From assembly GCA_011052985.1 (NCBI GenBank), contig DRHY01000046.1, positions 4,396 through 44,395 on the forward strand: a DNA stretch of 40,000 nt. Reading direction: 5' to 3'. The stretch comes from Methylophaga aminisulfidivorans. Lineage in GTDB: Bacteria > Pseudomonadota > Gammaproteobacteria > Nitrosococcales > Methylophagaceae. Shown in pieces: positions 26,454 to 34,671 of the stretch. Position numbers and translations under genes: made by a program. The notes below the pieces were generated by a model. That model made no database searches and was not told the origin of the DNA. It saw only the letters and a program-made list of their open reading frames with translations. The stretch's first letter is position 1, and the number at the start of each line of letters is the position of its first letter.

Positions 26454-27135
26454 GGGGTGTCTCCCTTTGGCGCTTTTGCGCGATCATCGTGTCGTACTTT
26501 TCACGTAGCTTTTTGCCTGACTGAACCACTGAGGCCCAAAACATATCGCCGCTATACATCCAGTCGATAATGCATATGAGTTGGGCTTCTGTTCGCTCAT
26601 CAATGCGAATAGCCCGCTCAATGTCTTTTACCCAACCTTTCGGTTTGCTCTTGTTGTCAGGATTTTGAGAAAGTATTTTTTTGTGTAGGTAGAGAGCAAC
26701 GCGATCGGCTTCTGTCCCTTCAGGTTCATTTACTGGTTCAGAAGAGTGACTGGTTCTGGGTGCAGAATTTTCACTAGGGGGTGGTGCAATATTTTCACTA
26801 CCCCCATGCAAATCCTGCACTATGGGTGGTGCAGAATTTTCACTAGGGGGTGGTGCAATATTTTCACTACCTTCCAAGGTTATTTTGTAAAAGTTTGAGC
26901 TGTTACCTTTTGGGGTTTTTCTCTCATATTTTTTTAAAAAACCTTGAGCTTCTAATGCACTGATATGAGCGATAACACTACGCTTTGACATTTCACATTG
27001 ATCTGCTATGTGTCTGTACGATGGGTAACAAGTACCATCCTTACCAGCAATATCAGCCATACAAACGAGCACAAGCTTTCTGGTAGCACTTCCTACCTTC
27101 ATATCAAGAACCTGTGCGGTAAGCTTCATACTCAC
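26290..27135 (-). CDS. Replication initiator O-like protein (N-terminal wHTH; contains the origin iterons)
   Basis: N-terminus LVLVCMADIAGKDGTCYPSYRHIADQCEMSKRSVIAHISALEAQGFL. The internal duplicated peptide GSENIAPPPSENSAP is encoded by the iterons. The gene sits upstream of the P-like gene. Confidence 0.7.
   Translation of the reverse strand: MSMKLTAQVLDMKVGSATRKLVLVCMADIAGKDGTCYPSYRHIADQCEMSKRSVIAHISALEAQGFLKKYERKTPKGNSSNFYKITLEGSENIAPPPSENSAPPIVQDLHGGSENIAPPPSENSAPRTSHSSEPVNEPEGTEADRVALYLHKKILSQNPDNKSKPKGWVKDIERAIRIDERTEAQLICIIDWMYSGDMFWASVVQSGKKLREKYDTMIAQKRQRETPHETHQQGNQLRGAAAQSASFHEDLKLFAKGVDSETVQQDAGDIYAPLDKRVSNY
26759..26869. repeat. Four 18-bp iterons (putative origin of replication)
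   Basis: GGTGCAGAATTTTCACTA at 26759 and 26828; GGTGCAATATTTTCACTA at 26783 and 26852. Spacing is 24/45/24 bp. An A/T-rich tract follows (26871-26950). Confidence 0.7.
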
Positions 27136-27138
27136 TTT

Positions 27139-27618
27139 TTACGCAGCCTCTACTTCTTGTCTTTCCCGAACGGACGTAGAAGAAAGTCGATCAGGCACCA
27201 CACCGCAAAGAACAAGCCTTTGATGCCATTGATGAACCATTTCCCCGCCATTTTCAGGCTGTGCGATCTCATTATTTCTTCTCTCCATTCGTGTCGTCTT
27301 TGACGCTCGTACTGTTTTAGCCATCAGGTAATCTGAATTAGAACCTGACAGGATGATCAACCCACACGTGATAAGTGTTTTTTTGTCGATTTCGCTCAGC
27401 TTGATAACGCCACGAGCCACAAGGATAGAAATACCCTCAAGCGTGTTTCTGGCGTTTAACTCTTTACGGAAAACTGAGGCGTATGACTTGACCGTTTCTG
27501 TATCTACATCAAGCTCTCTGGCTGCTTCTTTGTAACTATCTCCAGAGGCAAGGCGTTTGACCGCCTCTTGAACTCTGGGAGAGAACATATTCTGTATAAA
27601 TTCGACGTGTAGTCTCAT
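27139..27618 (-). CDS. LuxR/GerE-type HTH regulator (in the cII position)
   Basis: SPRVQEAVKRLASGDSYKEAARELDVDTETVKSYASVFRKELNARN matches the LuxR-type HTH pattern. Located between cro and the O-like gene. Confidence 0.6.
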   Translation of the reverse strand: MRLHVEFIQNMFSPRVQEAVKRLASGDSYKEAARELDVDTETVKSYASVFRKELNARNTLEGISILVARGVIKLSEIDKKTLITCGLIILSGSNSDYLMAKTVRASKTTRMERRNNEIAQPENGGEMVHQWHQRLVLCGVVPDRLSSTSVRERQEVEAA

Positions 27619-27696
27619 ATATCCCCCATTTGGGTAATTTTCTGGCCCCGCCCTTTCCGTTAACCTGTAATCATGAAAGAACTGAGTCCTATAAAT

Positions 27697-27894
27697 TCAA
27701 TGATCTTTTTTTTGCTGACGCGGAAATGGACAGATTTCCTTTGCCTCAACAGAACCATCTTTTTTGATTGTTACGGTGATATTCCGATTAGCTTCTACCG
27801 CTTTATGAATTGCGGGCGCGCTAATGTTGAATAGTTTTGCAACTGCGGCCTGCCCTCGTTCATCAACAAGCTTTGATAGTGATAGCTTGGTCAT
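27697..27894 (-). CDS. cro: Cro repressor
   Basis: 65 aa. GQAAVAKLFNISAPAIHKAVEANRNITVTIKKDGSVEAKEICPFPRQQKK closely parallels lambda Cro ([49 protein letters not shown]). Confidence 0.85.
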   Translation of the reverse strand: MTKLSLSKLVDERGQAAVAKLFNISAPAIHKAVEANRNITVTIKKDGSVEAKEICPFPRQQKKDH

Positions 27895-27933
27895 ATCTTT
27901 TTGCGCCTCTAAATTGATTTTTTATCTTTATAT

Positions 27934-27994
27934 TAACCGGCGGTTAGATAAAAAGCAACACCGGCGGTTTCTTCCCGTTATTAACTTGCGGTTA
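27934..27994. promoter_or_regulatory. OR-like operator cluster with divergent promoters
   Basis: 13-bp sites TAACCGGCGGTTA (27934-46, perfect palindrome), ACACCGGCGGTTT (27958-70) and TAACTTGCGGTTA (27982-94). Centres are 24 bp apart. Minus strand reads TTGCTT-17-TAATAT toward cro. TATAGT lies 7 nt before the cI ATG. Confidence 0.7.
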
Positions 27995-28007
27995 TATAGT
28001 TGCGAAC

Positions 28008-28742
28008 ATGAATAAGAAGAAGCCGTTATCAAAAGAACAACTTGAAGAGTGCGAAAAAGCTCACGCTATTTTTTTGTCGAAAAAAAAGGAGTTGGGTTTA
28101 AGTCAAAGAAAGATTGCGGATAAAGCAGATATATCGGCAACAGCCGTTAATTACTACTTCAAAGGCGTGAACCCTCTAAACCTGCCGTTCGCTTTGGTGT
28201 TGTCTGAAATGCTTGGTGTAAAAATCAGTGAATTCAGCCCAAGATTGGCTGATGAAGCTAGTAAAATATCAAAGGCCACATCTGAAGCATCTAAAGATAA
28301 TTCAAATATAAGTGAGTCACCAATAACACCATCAGAGAGAGAAACGCCTCTTATTTCATGGGTGAATGCTGGGAGTTTTTGCGAATCGCCCGATCAATTT
28401 CATCCTGGTGATGCAGAGGACTGGATACCAGTTAAACCGAGAGGATCAAGCGACAAGATATATGCACTTAAGGTAAAGGGCGATTCAATGACAAGCCCAT
28501 ACCCTAATAGTATTAGCTACCCTAACGGCTGGATTATAATTGTCGATCCTGAGCAAGAGGTGCTTGTTGGTATGTGCGGAATATTCAAGCAGCCATCAGA
28601 TGAACTTGCTACTTTCAAGCAACTGACCAGTGATGCAGGAAAGTTGTATCTAAAGCCATTAAACCCCCAATTCCCCATGATAGAGGTAGAAGAAGGTATG
28701 CGCGTCTGTGGGAGAGTGATCGGGCTTTACTTGGATGTGTAG
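28008..28742 (+). CDS. cI: CI-type repressor (XRE HTH plus S24 LexA-like autopeptidase)
   Basis: N-terminal HTH (LSQRKIADKADISATAVNYYFKG). The C-terminus has the Ser nucleophile in KGDSM and Lys in LKPLN. Divergent from cro. Confidence 0.9.
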   Translation: MNKKKPLSKEQLEECEKAHAIFLSKKKELGLSQRKIADKADISATAVNYYFKGVNPLNLPFALVLSEMLGVKISEFSPRLADEASKISKATSEASKDNSNISESPITPSERETPLISWVNAGSFCESPDQFHPGDAEDWIPVKPRGSSDKIYALKVKGDSMTSPYPNSISYPNGWIIIVDPEQEVLVGMCGIFKQPSDELATFKQLTSDAGKLYLKPLNPQFPMIEVEEGMRVCGRVIGLYLDV

Positions 28743-28799
28743 TGCTGAAAGTCTGGGAAGGTAAGGATTTGTAGAGTTAAACCGAATAAGGGATTAATT

Positions 28800-29744
28800 A
28801 TGAGAGTAAGTTATTTTGCCCACTGTTTGAGAAATATTGAGTCAGGGGAAAACGTCAAGTTCGACCTTGGTTCGTTTGCTTCAGCATTCTGTAAATTTGA
28901 AAACCCTATATTCAAAAATACATTCACCCATAACGGGGAAAACGTCTATTTACTTCACAACTCAGGTGATGTTTACCTCTTTATAATGACAAAAAGCAAC
29001 GAAGTAATTAGGAAGATCAACACTGATAATCTGAGCGTTAGTGAGATTAACGACTTGCTAGCTAAAGATGAGCAGCTAGGTTTTGCATCTTATATCCTGA
29101 TAAAAGAAAATCATTTCGGTTATTCCTCGACTTTAATGGCGCCAAGAATAGATTGTTTTAATGATTTTATTGAATTTCTTTTGTCTAAAATTGGTGTAAA
29201 AGATTACCAATTCCGTACGCAAGCATTGCTCTATCAGGCAACAAAGGCAGACGTCTTATCGATGAATTATTTAGGTAGGACCACAATTGATTTAGCGAAA
29301 CACAGTAATGTCGTTAAAAACTTTTTATCTGAATTAAATGTGACAGATGCTGATATACTAGAACTTGATGGAATTGAGATAAAAATTAAGCCGAAACAGC
29401 GAAAAAACATCAAGCCTGTTGTTGATAAGGTTATTCAGAACCTGCCAGATGATGGTGTTGAAAAAATGATCGTTAAAGCTAAGCATCAGGATGCTGGTGA
29501 GGCACTTAAGGATCTATATTTAATTGGTCAAGGCTCAATATCTGACTCTATAGATAAAAGTAAAGAGGCAAAAATTCCAGATCATTTGGAATCTAAGCGT
29601 AAACAAAATAAAATTGTTGATGAGAGGCTTGCGGAGTATATAGAACATGAACAGCTCACAGAAAAGAACATTGAAGTTGTTCAACGTTTTAGTGATGCAG
29701 AGTCCTGGTCCGCTCGTTTTCCTATGCTATCTAACACTGATTAA
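28800..29744 (+). CDS. RexA-like exclusion protein
   Basis: By-eye collinear blocks with lambda RexA: YLFIMTKSNEVIRKIN / FLFTKTNDKSLVQKIN; LAKDEQLGFASY / LADDESLGFPSF; YLGRTTIDL / FIGRTTVKV; IKIKPKQRKNIKPV / IVIKPKFKRDIKKV. Directly downstream of cI. Confidence 0.75.
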   Translation: MRVSYFAHCLRNIESGENVKFDLGSFASAFCKFENPIFKNTFTHNGENVYLLHNSGDVYLFIMTKSNEVIRKINTDNLSVSEINDLLAKDEQLGFASYILIKENHFGYSSTLMAPRIDCFNDFIEFLLSKIGVKDYQFRTQALLYQATKADVLSMNYLGRTTIDLAKHSNVVKNFLSELNVTDADILELDGIEIKIKPKQRKNIKPVVDKVIQNLPDDGVEKMIVKAKHQDAGEALKDLYLIGQGSISDSIDKSKEAKIPDHLESKRKQNKIVDERLAEYIEHEQLTEKNIEVVQRFSDAESWSARFPMLSNTD

Positions 29745-30117
29745 GTATTTCCCTCAATACTCGATTAGCATTTATCCTCAAAAGCAAACTGTAGCTGTGA
29801 TTTTGGCAACATTTGCTTTTACTATGCTGGGCTTTCTTGCTGCAGTAATTGCTTTAATGTTTACCGCAACAAAATCACAAGCTTTTAATATGTATAATAA
29901 GCGAGGATATTTAGAAACATTCTTTTTCGTTTACTACATGGTTATTATTTCTTTAATAATCACATTCTTGCTATCTATTTTCTCATTAGCTGTCAGTTTT
30001 GAGCCATGGTTGCTGAGGGTTGCTGTTATGTCGACAATAAACAACCTAGTCCAGATCGTTCTTGTAACGTTTATCATAGTTAATATGGTGGACAAGGCCA
30101 TATCCAAAAATGAATAA
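29647..30117 (+). CDS. RexB-like polytopic membrane protein
   Basis: About 4 hydrophobic segments. The block FTMLGFLAAVIALMFTATKSQAFNMYNKRGYLETFFFVYY compares with lambda RexB GTMIAILIAALTFLIGSRTRRLAKIREYGYMTSVVIVYA. The start is uncertain (29647 or 29695) and overlaps the end of the rexA-like gene. Confidence 0.7.
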   Translation: MNSSQKRTLKLFNVLVMQSPGPLVFLCYLTLIKYFPQYSISIYPQKQTVAVILATFAFTMLGFLAAVIALMFTATKSQAFNMYNKRGYLETFFFVYYMVIISLIITFLLSIFSLAVSFEPWLLRVAVMSTINNLVQIVLVTFIIVNMVDKAISKNE

Positions 30118-30159
30118 CATTAGTTTGTTCAATAAATGAACATCGACCAGGAATGGTAC

Positions 30160-30213
30160 ACGCCACTTGTGAAGCCCGTATGCAGGCTTATTAAACATAA
30201 GTGGCGTTTTGTT
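30160..30213 (+). terminator. Strong terminator after the immunity operon (tIMM-like)
   Basis: Outer stem ACGCCACTT/AAGTGGCGT (9 bp) and inner stem AAGCC/GGCTT, followed by TTTGTT. Confidence 0.65.
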
Positions 30214-30289
30214 ATCTTGAGCTTGGAAGGTGAAAAGGTTTTTAGGTGTGTGAGGTGTGGGGTTGTATCAACTCGAGGATAGATACCTC

Positions 30290-30592
30290 TTATCCATGCT
30301 CCCACCAGGCTAAAGATCTAAACACGAAGAACAAACCAAGGCCAGCAAAAAATAATACTTTGCCTATTACTTCCGTTGTACTTCCCGTAACCGCGCTAAT
30401 CCACATCAACATCCCCACTATGAGAACGATCACAGCCATCAATGTATAGGCCTTTATTGGTTTACCTGTTTCTTGGGTTGTAACTCTCTGTTCTTCTTTC
30501 ATCTGCGTAATGGGCGCGCCGCACTTAACGCACGCACTAGCTTTATCAGAAACTTCAGCACCGCACTCGCCACATTTAATTAACGCCATATC
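30290..30592 (-). CDS. Zinc-ribbon membrane protein (100 aa from the internal ATG)
   Basis: MALIKCGECGAEV...CVKCGAPI (CxxC...CxxC) followed by two hydrophobic segments. AAGGGA lies upstream of the ATG at 30592. The gene is opposite in strand to both flanking operons. Confidence 0.6.
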   Translation of the reverse strand, partial: DMALIKCGECGAEVSDKASACVKCGAPITQMKEEQRVTTQETGKPIKAYTLMAVIVLIVGMLMWISAVTGSTTEVIGKVLFFAGLGLFFVFRSLAWWEHG

Positions 30593-30672
30593 TAATCCCT
30601 TAATTCGAAACTGAACCAACTTTACCACTATATAAACCAAACACAAAAATTAACCACTCCCACAAAATAAAT

Positions 30673-30713
30673 TAACCGCCGGTATTGACATTATATTATC
30701 CGGCGGTTAATAT
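30673..30713 (+). promoter_or_regulatory. pL-like early-left promoter with two CI-type operators
   Basis: TAACCGCCGGTAT (30673-85) and TATCCGGCGGTTA (30697-709), with centres 24 bp apart, flank and overlap TTGACA (30685-90)-17 nt-TAATAT (30708-13). Confidence 0.65.
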
Positions 30714-30821
30714 ACTCCCAACAGCTACCGAAACGCAGGCAATGACGAGAGATGAGCCGCTGCAACCTGCTTAACGTGAGACTCAACGGTTTCTAAAGGC
30801 TGAAATTACATTAATTGGGGA

Positions 30822-31100
30822 ATGGTTATGGTTGATTACGCAGATATGAAGCTAAATGATGGAAGGTTTAACCCAACCAAAGAAAACCTAGAAGAGCTAT
30901 CTAAATCTTTGCGTGTACAAGATGCGGAAATACTTCTACATCATGTCTTGAAGCGTGCTTCACACGAATACTGCACTAAGTATGAAGTGTTTATTAATTG
31001 TGAAGGTATTAATTCATCGCTAACCACTACCGGCCCCGACTATCTAAAAGCTGCGTCTATTTCAATGAGAAATCTACGCGGCGAATTTATAGGGGAGTAG
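30822..31100 (+). CDS. Hypothetical protein, first gene of the early-left operon
   Basis: ORF track. An alternative ATG at 30828 has better spacing to GGGGAA. Confidence 0.5.
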   Translation: MVMVDYADMKLNDGRFNPTKENLEELSKSLRVQDAEILLHHVLKRASHEYCTKYEVFINCEGINSSLTTTGPDYLKAASISMRNLRGEFIGE

Positions 31101-31104
31101 AGAC

Positions 31105-31242
31105 ATGAATATATACAAAGTAGGCAGCTGCAGCACTGAGTTTAAATCAAAGCCTAAGAGCTTAATTAAAGCGTTTTTATGCAACGTTTTCGCGCTGAAC
31201 TTCATTGCTCTTTTATTCCTTTACGCAATCTTTTGGGGTTAA
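31105..31242 (+). CDS. Possible small tail-anchored membrane peptide (45 aa)
   Basis: Own reading: GGGGAG 8 nt upstream; MNIYKVGSCSTEFKSKPKSLIKAFLCNVFALNFIALLFLYAIFWG*. Confidence 0.35.
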   Translation: MNIYKVGSCSTEFKSKPKSLIKAFLCNVFALNFIALLFLYAIFWG

Positions 31243-31244
31243 TC

Positions 31245-31619
31245 ATGGGACAAGTATTAGTAAGTATTGATTTGCCACACTTCATCACTGATAGAGATGA
31301 GCGTGACTCAAGCATTGATGTAGTTGTTGAGCATCTTCTAAAAGGCGACACCGTTTCAGATGCCTATGACGAAATCAGATACAACCGCAGAGACGTATTT
31401 GATGCTCTAGACCTTATCAATCCAGCCGTTGTTTATAGCCTTATTTGCTTGCCAGCTTTAGGTGAAGATGTGTCTAGCATGAAGCCACAAATCATGATTG
31501 CAGCTAAGAAAGTAGCGGCAGAGATTGTTGATAGCTATTTAGAGAGAGCAGAAGAAGAAAATCAGCCTGACTATAGCGAATATTTCAATGCCGGACTTCT
31601 AGAGCGTAGAGCGTCATGA
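31245..31619 (+). CDS. Hypothetical acidic protein (124 aa)
   Basis: ORF track 31179..31619. The internal ATG at 31245 follows the stop of the small ORF by 2 nt. Confidence 0.5.
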   Translation: MGQVLVSIDLPHFITDRDERDSSIDVVVEHLLKGDTVSDAYDEIRYNRRDVFDALDLINPAVVYSLICLPALGEDVSSMKPQIMIAAKKVAAEIVDSYLERAEEENQPDYSEYFNAGLLERRAS

Positions 31620-31858
31620 GCAGCCTATTAAAAGACTTACAGCTACTCATTAGCACCAATACAGGTCTTGCTCTAACTCTAACCCTACTAATAAGCGCAG
31701 CAATTATGGATCAAAAACAATACGACAATTTTAACGAACAACTAGGCGGCGAAAACTCTAAAAGTGCACTGGCATTTCCTGAGATTTTCGGGGCTGAAAA
31801 ACAAAAGGATGATGATGATGGAAGCACAAAAGCAAGAAATTATGACGCAGCAGAATAA
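31616..31858 (+). CDS. Hypothetical protein with one hydrophobic segment
   Basis: ORF track, with an ATGA overlap to the previous gene. Confidence 0.45.
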   Translation: MSSLLKDLQLLISTNTGLALTLTLLISAAIMDQKQYDNFNEQLGGENSKSALAFPEIFGAEKQKDDDDGSTKARNYDAAE

Positions 31859-32561
31859 TCAGGTTGTTGTTACTCCTTCAACTGTTTTATCTAAAGCGTA
31901 TGAAAGTGGTGCAAGTATTGAGCATATGACTCAACTACTTGAGCTTCAGGAACGTTTTGAAAAGCGTGAGGCAGAAAAGGCATTTAATTTGTCATTGGCT
32001 GCTTTCAAAGCTAACCCACCAAAAATATTAAAAGATAGACACGTTTCATTTGACACTCAAAAAGGTAGAACTGAATACGATCATGCCTCTTTAGCTAACG
32101 TTGTTTACACGGTAAGTGAAGGTTTATCTGAGCATGGACTTAGTGCTTCATGGGAAACATTACAAGACTCAGGCTTGGTTAGCGTTACATGCATATTAGG
32201 ACACGAGTTAGGGCATGAAAAACGCACTACGCTGAGCGCCTCACCTGACGCTTCAGGAGGAAAAAATAATATTCAGGCTATTGGCTCAACTGTTTCATAT
32301 TTACAGAGATATACCCTGCTTTCAATTACTGGCCTAGCTACTCACGACCAAGATAATGATGCTGCTAGTAAGTCTTCATTTATTACATTTGAGCAGGCTC
32401 AAGAAATTGAAAATCTACTGAAAGAGTCAGGCGGTGATATTCAATCATTTGTCGAATATTTCAACGTCTCAAGTATCAGTGAGCTTCCAGCGGATAAGTA
32501 CAAAACCATTATTACATCAATAAAGGCTAAAGCAGCTAAGAAAAAGGAAGCTGTAAAATGA
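31809..32561 (+). CDS. erf: ERF-family single-strand annealing protein
   Basis: YDHASLANVV...GL...HELGHE...NIQAIGSTVSYLQRYTLLSITGL...DNDA matches the ERF family pattern. The start is taken at the MMMM run. Confidence 0.75.
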   Translation: MMMMEAQKQEIMTQQNNQVVVTPSTVLSKAYESGASIEHMTQLLELQERFEKREAEKAFNLSLAAFKANPPKILKDRHVSFDTQKGRTEYDHASLANVVYTVSEGLSEHGLSASWETLQDSGLVSVTCILGHELGHEKRTTLSASPDASGGKNNIQAIGSTVSYLQRYTLLSITGLATHDQDNDAASKSSFITFEQAQEIENLLKESGGDIQSFVEYFNVSSISELPADKYKTIITSIKAKAAKKKEAVK

Positions 32562-33157
32562 TCATTTATAACTCTGAGCAAGGTAGTGAGCAATGGTTTA
32601 TTGACCGCAACGGAATACCTACAGCGTCTGGAGTTACAAAGGTTTTAGCGAAAGGCAAAGGAAAGACTAAATACACATACATGATGGAGCTATTAGCTGA
32701 CAGGTTAGGGCTAGATTCTGATTCTAAGTTTCAAGGTAACGCTGACACCGAAAGAGGCCATGAACACGAACCTGAAGCAAGGACTCTGTACGGTTTTGAA
32801 AATGATGTAGCGCCAAAGTTAGTGGGCTTTATAACCGACGACAATAGAACGGCTGGCGCAAGCCCAGATTCATTAATTGGCGACAGTGGATTACTGGAAA
32901 TTAAATCCAAGAAAGCACATATACACCTGCCAATACTCTTGAGTGGAAAGGTTCCAACAGAGCATATACCGCAAGTTCAAATGCAGTTGTGGATTGCAGA
33001 ACGTGAATGGTGCGACTTCGTTTCATATTGCCCTGGATTAAAGCTAGAAACAATCCGTGTTTACCGAGACGAAGTAAAAATAAAAGAAATAGCAAAAGCC
33101 GTTGATGAATTTAATAACGAGCTTAACGAGTTAGAGCAAAAGATTAGGAGTATGTAA
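32558..33157 (+). CDS. YqaJ-like recombination exonuclease (PD-(D/E)XK)
   Basis: GSEQWF..R.G..TAS..., ASPDSLIGDSGLLEIKSKK and QVQMQLW motifs. Adjacent to the annealase gene. Confidence 0.8.
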   Translation: MIIYNSEQGSEQWFIDRNGIPTASGVTKVLAKGKGKTKYTYMMELLADRLGLDSDSKFQGNADTERGHEHEPEARTLYGFENDVAPKLVGFITDDNRTAGASPDSLIGDSGLLEIKSKKAHIHLPILLSGKVPTEHIPQVQMQLWIAEREWCDFVSYCPGLKLETIRVYRDEVKIKEIAKAVDEFNNELNELEQKIRSM

Positions 33158-34161
33158 TGAGTGAAATAACAGTAATTGAAATAAAGCAGGAAAACGCATT
33201 ATCAATCTTCACTGCTGAAGAAGGACTTGACCCATATTTAAAGAAAATTGAGCAGGAAGCTAGATCACTTGTCCCTGACATGTCTACAAAGAAAGGCCGT
33301 GATCAGATAGCTTCAAATGCTTACAAGGTAAGACAGTCAAAATCAGCATTGGACAAGGTAGGAAAAGCTCTGGTTGATAAATTAAAAGAGCAGCCAAAGC
33401 TTGTTGATGCTGAGCGTAAAAGAATGCGTGAATTCTTAGACAAGCTCGCTGATGAGGTAAGAAAACCTCTTGATGAGTTTGAGCAAAAAGAAGCTGATCG
33501 GATTAAGGCTTTGCAAGATCGCGTTTTCTTTTTCTCATCCTGCGTTATGGATAACGGTGAAGAATCAGAAAAGATAAAAGCTGTTATTGAAACTATTGAG
33601 CTTGAAAAAGTAGATGAAACATATGAGGAGTTTGAAGCAGAGGCTCACAGAGAAAAGGCTGCATGCCTCGACAGATTGAAATCATCACTTGATAAACAGA
33701 TTAAACATGAAGCCGAGCAAGCAGAGCTTGAAAAACTAAGAAAAGAAGCTGCTGAACGTGAACAGAAAGAACGTGAAGAACGCATTGCACGAGAAGCGGA
33801 AGAGAGAGCCAGAAAACAAGCTGAAGAAGCAGCACAAAAAGAACGCCAAGACGCTATTAATCGTGAGAACGAATTGAAGCTTGCAGCTGAACGTGCTGAA
33901 CGTGAAAAACTGGAGGCTGAGCAAAGAGCTGTAAATGCAGCCAAAGAGACCGAAGAAAGATTAAAGTGGGAAGCTGCTGAAAAAGCCAGAACTGAAGCTG
34001 AAGAGCAGGCGCGGCGTGAGCGAAATAAAAAGCATAAAACAAAAATCAACAATGATGCTTTAAGCGCCCTGCTGACTTCCGGAATCAGCGAAGACCAAGG
34101 AAAAACAATTGTCACAATGATAGCTAAGGGCGAAATCCCTAACGTTAGCATCAGTTATTAA
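33157..34161 (+). CDS. Charged coiled-coil protein (DUF1351-like)
   Basis: 334 aa with a long E/R/K/A-rich helical core. Lies between the exonuclease and SSB genes. Confidence 0.45.
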   Translation: MSEITVIEIKQENALSIFTAEEGLDPYLKKIEQEARSLVPDMSTKKGRDQIASNAYKVRQSKSALDKVGKALVDKLKEQPKLVDAERKRMREFLDKLADEVRKPLDEFEQKEADRIKALQDRVFFFSSCVMDNGEESEKIKAVIETIELEKVDETYEEFEAEAHREKAACLDRLKSSLDKQIKHEAEQAELEKLRKEAAEREQKEREERIAREAEERARKQAEEAAQKERQDAINRENELKLAAERAEREKLEAEQRAVNAAKETEERLKWEAAEKARTEAEEQARRERNKKHKTKINNDALSALLTSGISEDQGKTIVTMIAKGEIPNVSISY

Positions 34162-34170
34162 GGAAAGATT

Positions 34171-34662
34171 ATGTCTGTAAATAAAGTAATTCTCGTTGGT
34201 CGATTAGGTGCTGAGCCTGAGTCGAGAGACTTTCCTAACGGCGGCTCAATCTGCAACCTACGCATAGCAACAAGCGAAAGCTGGAAAGACCGTCAAACAG
34301 GCGAACGCCAAGAACGCACTGAATGGCACCGTGTCGTGCTACGCAACAAACTCGGCGAGATAGCACAGCAGTACCTACATAAAGGCTCACAAGTCTACAT
34401 CGAAGGCCGGATTCAAACGAGAAAATGGCAAAACCAACAAGGCCAAGACCAATACACCACTGAGATAGTGGGCAATGAAATGACGATGCTGGATAGTAGA
34501 CCACAAAGTAATGATGACCCAGCAACTCATGCGTCAGGAAATCAATCTCAGCATAATCCGACTTATCAACCAGCACAGCAGCAAGCTAAGCCAGCATCAC
34601 CATCTGCTGGGCCTGATTATGGTGGTGATGAGCAGTATTACGATGATTCAATTCCTTTCTAG
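34171..34662 (+). CDS. ssb: Single-stranded DNA-binding protein
   Basis: OB-fold N-terminus ([15 protein letters not shown]...TEWHRVV...) with a Q/P-rich linker and the acidic tip DDSIPF. Confidence 0.9.
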   Translation: MSVNKVILVGRLGAEPESRDFPNGGSICNLRIATSESWKDRQTGERQERTEWHRVVLRNKLGEIAQQYLHKGSQVYIEGRIQTRKWQNQQGQDQYTTEIVGNEMTMLDSRPQSNDDPATHASGNQSQHNPTYQPAQQQAKPASPSAGPDYGGDEQYYDDSIPF

Positions 34663-34671
34663 GAGATAACC

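Noticed and set aside
26759-26869. Possible CRISPR array, given the repeated 18-mers
   Set aside because: There are only four copies in two sequence variants, arranged as a duplicated pair inside a coding gene. There are no unique spacers of regular length and no cas genes. Origin iterons are the better interpretation.
30822-31100. First pL-operon gene as an N-like antiterminator with nut sites in the leader
   Set aside because: The protein is acidic and lacks an Arg-rich motif. I could not find a boxA/boxB-like hairpin in 30714-30821.
33645-34151. Three antisense ORFs (33645..34151, 33736..33924, 33857..34042) opposite the coiled-coil gene
   Set aside because: They are an artefact of the GAA/GCT/CGT-rich repetitive coding sequence of the E/A/R/K-rich protein. 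The antisense frames are stop-poor and encode Ser/Phe/Leu low-complexity strings.
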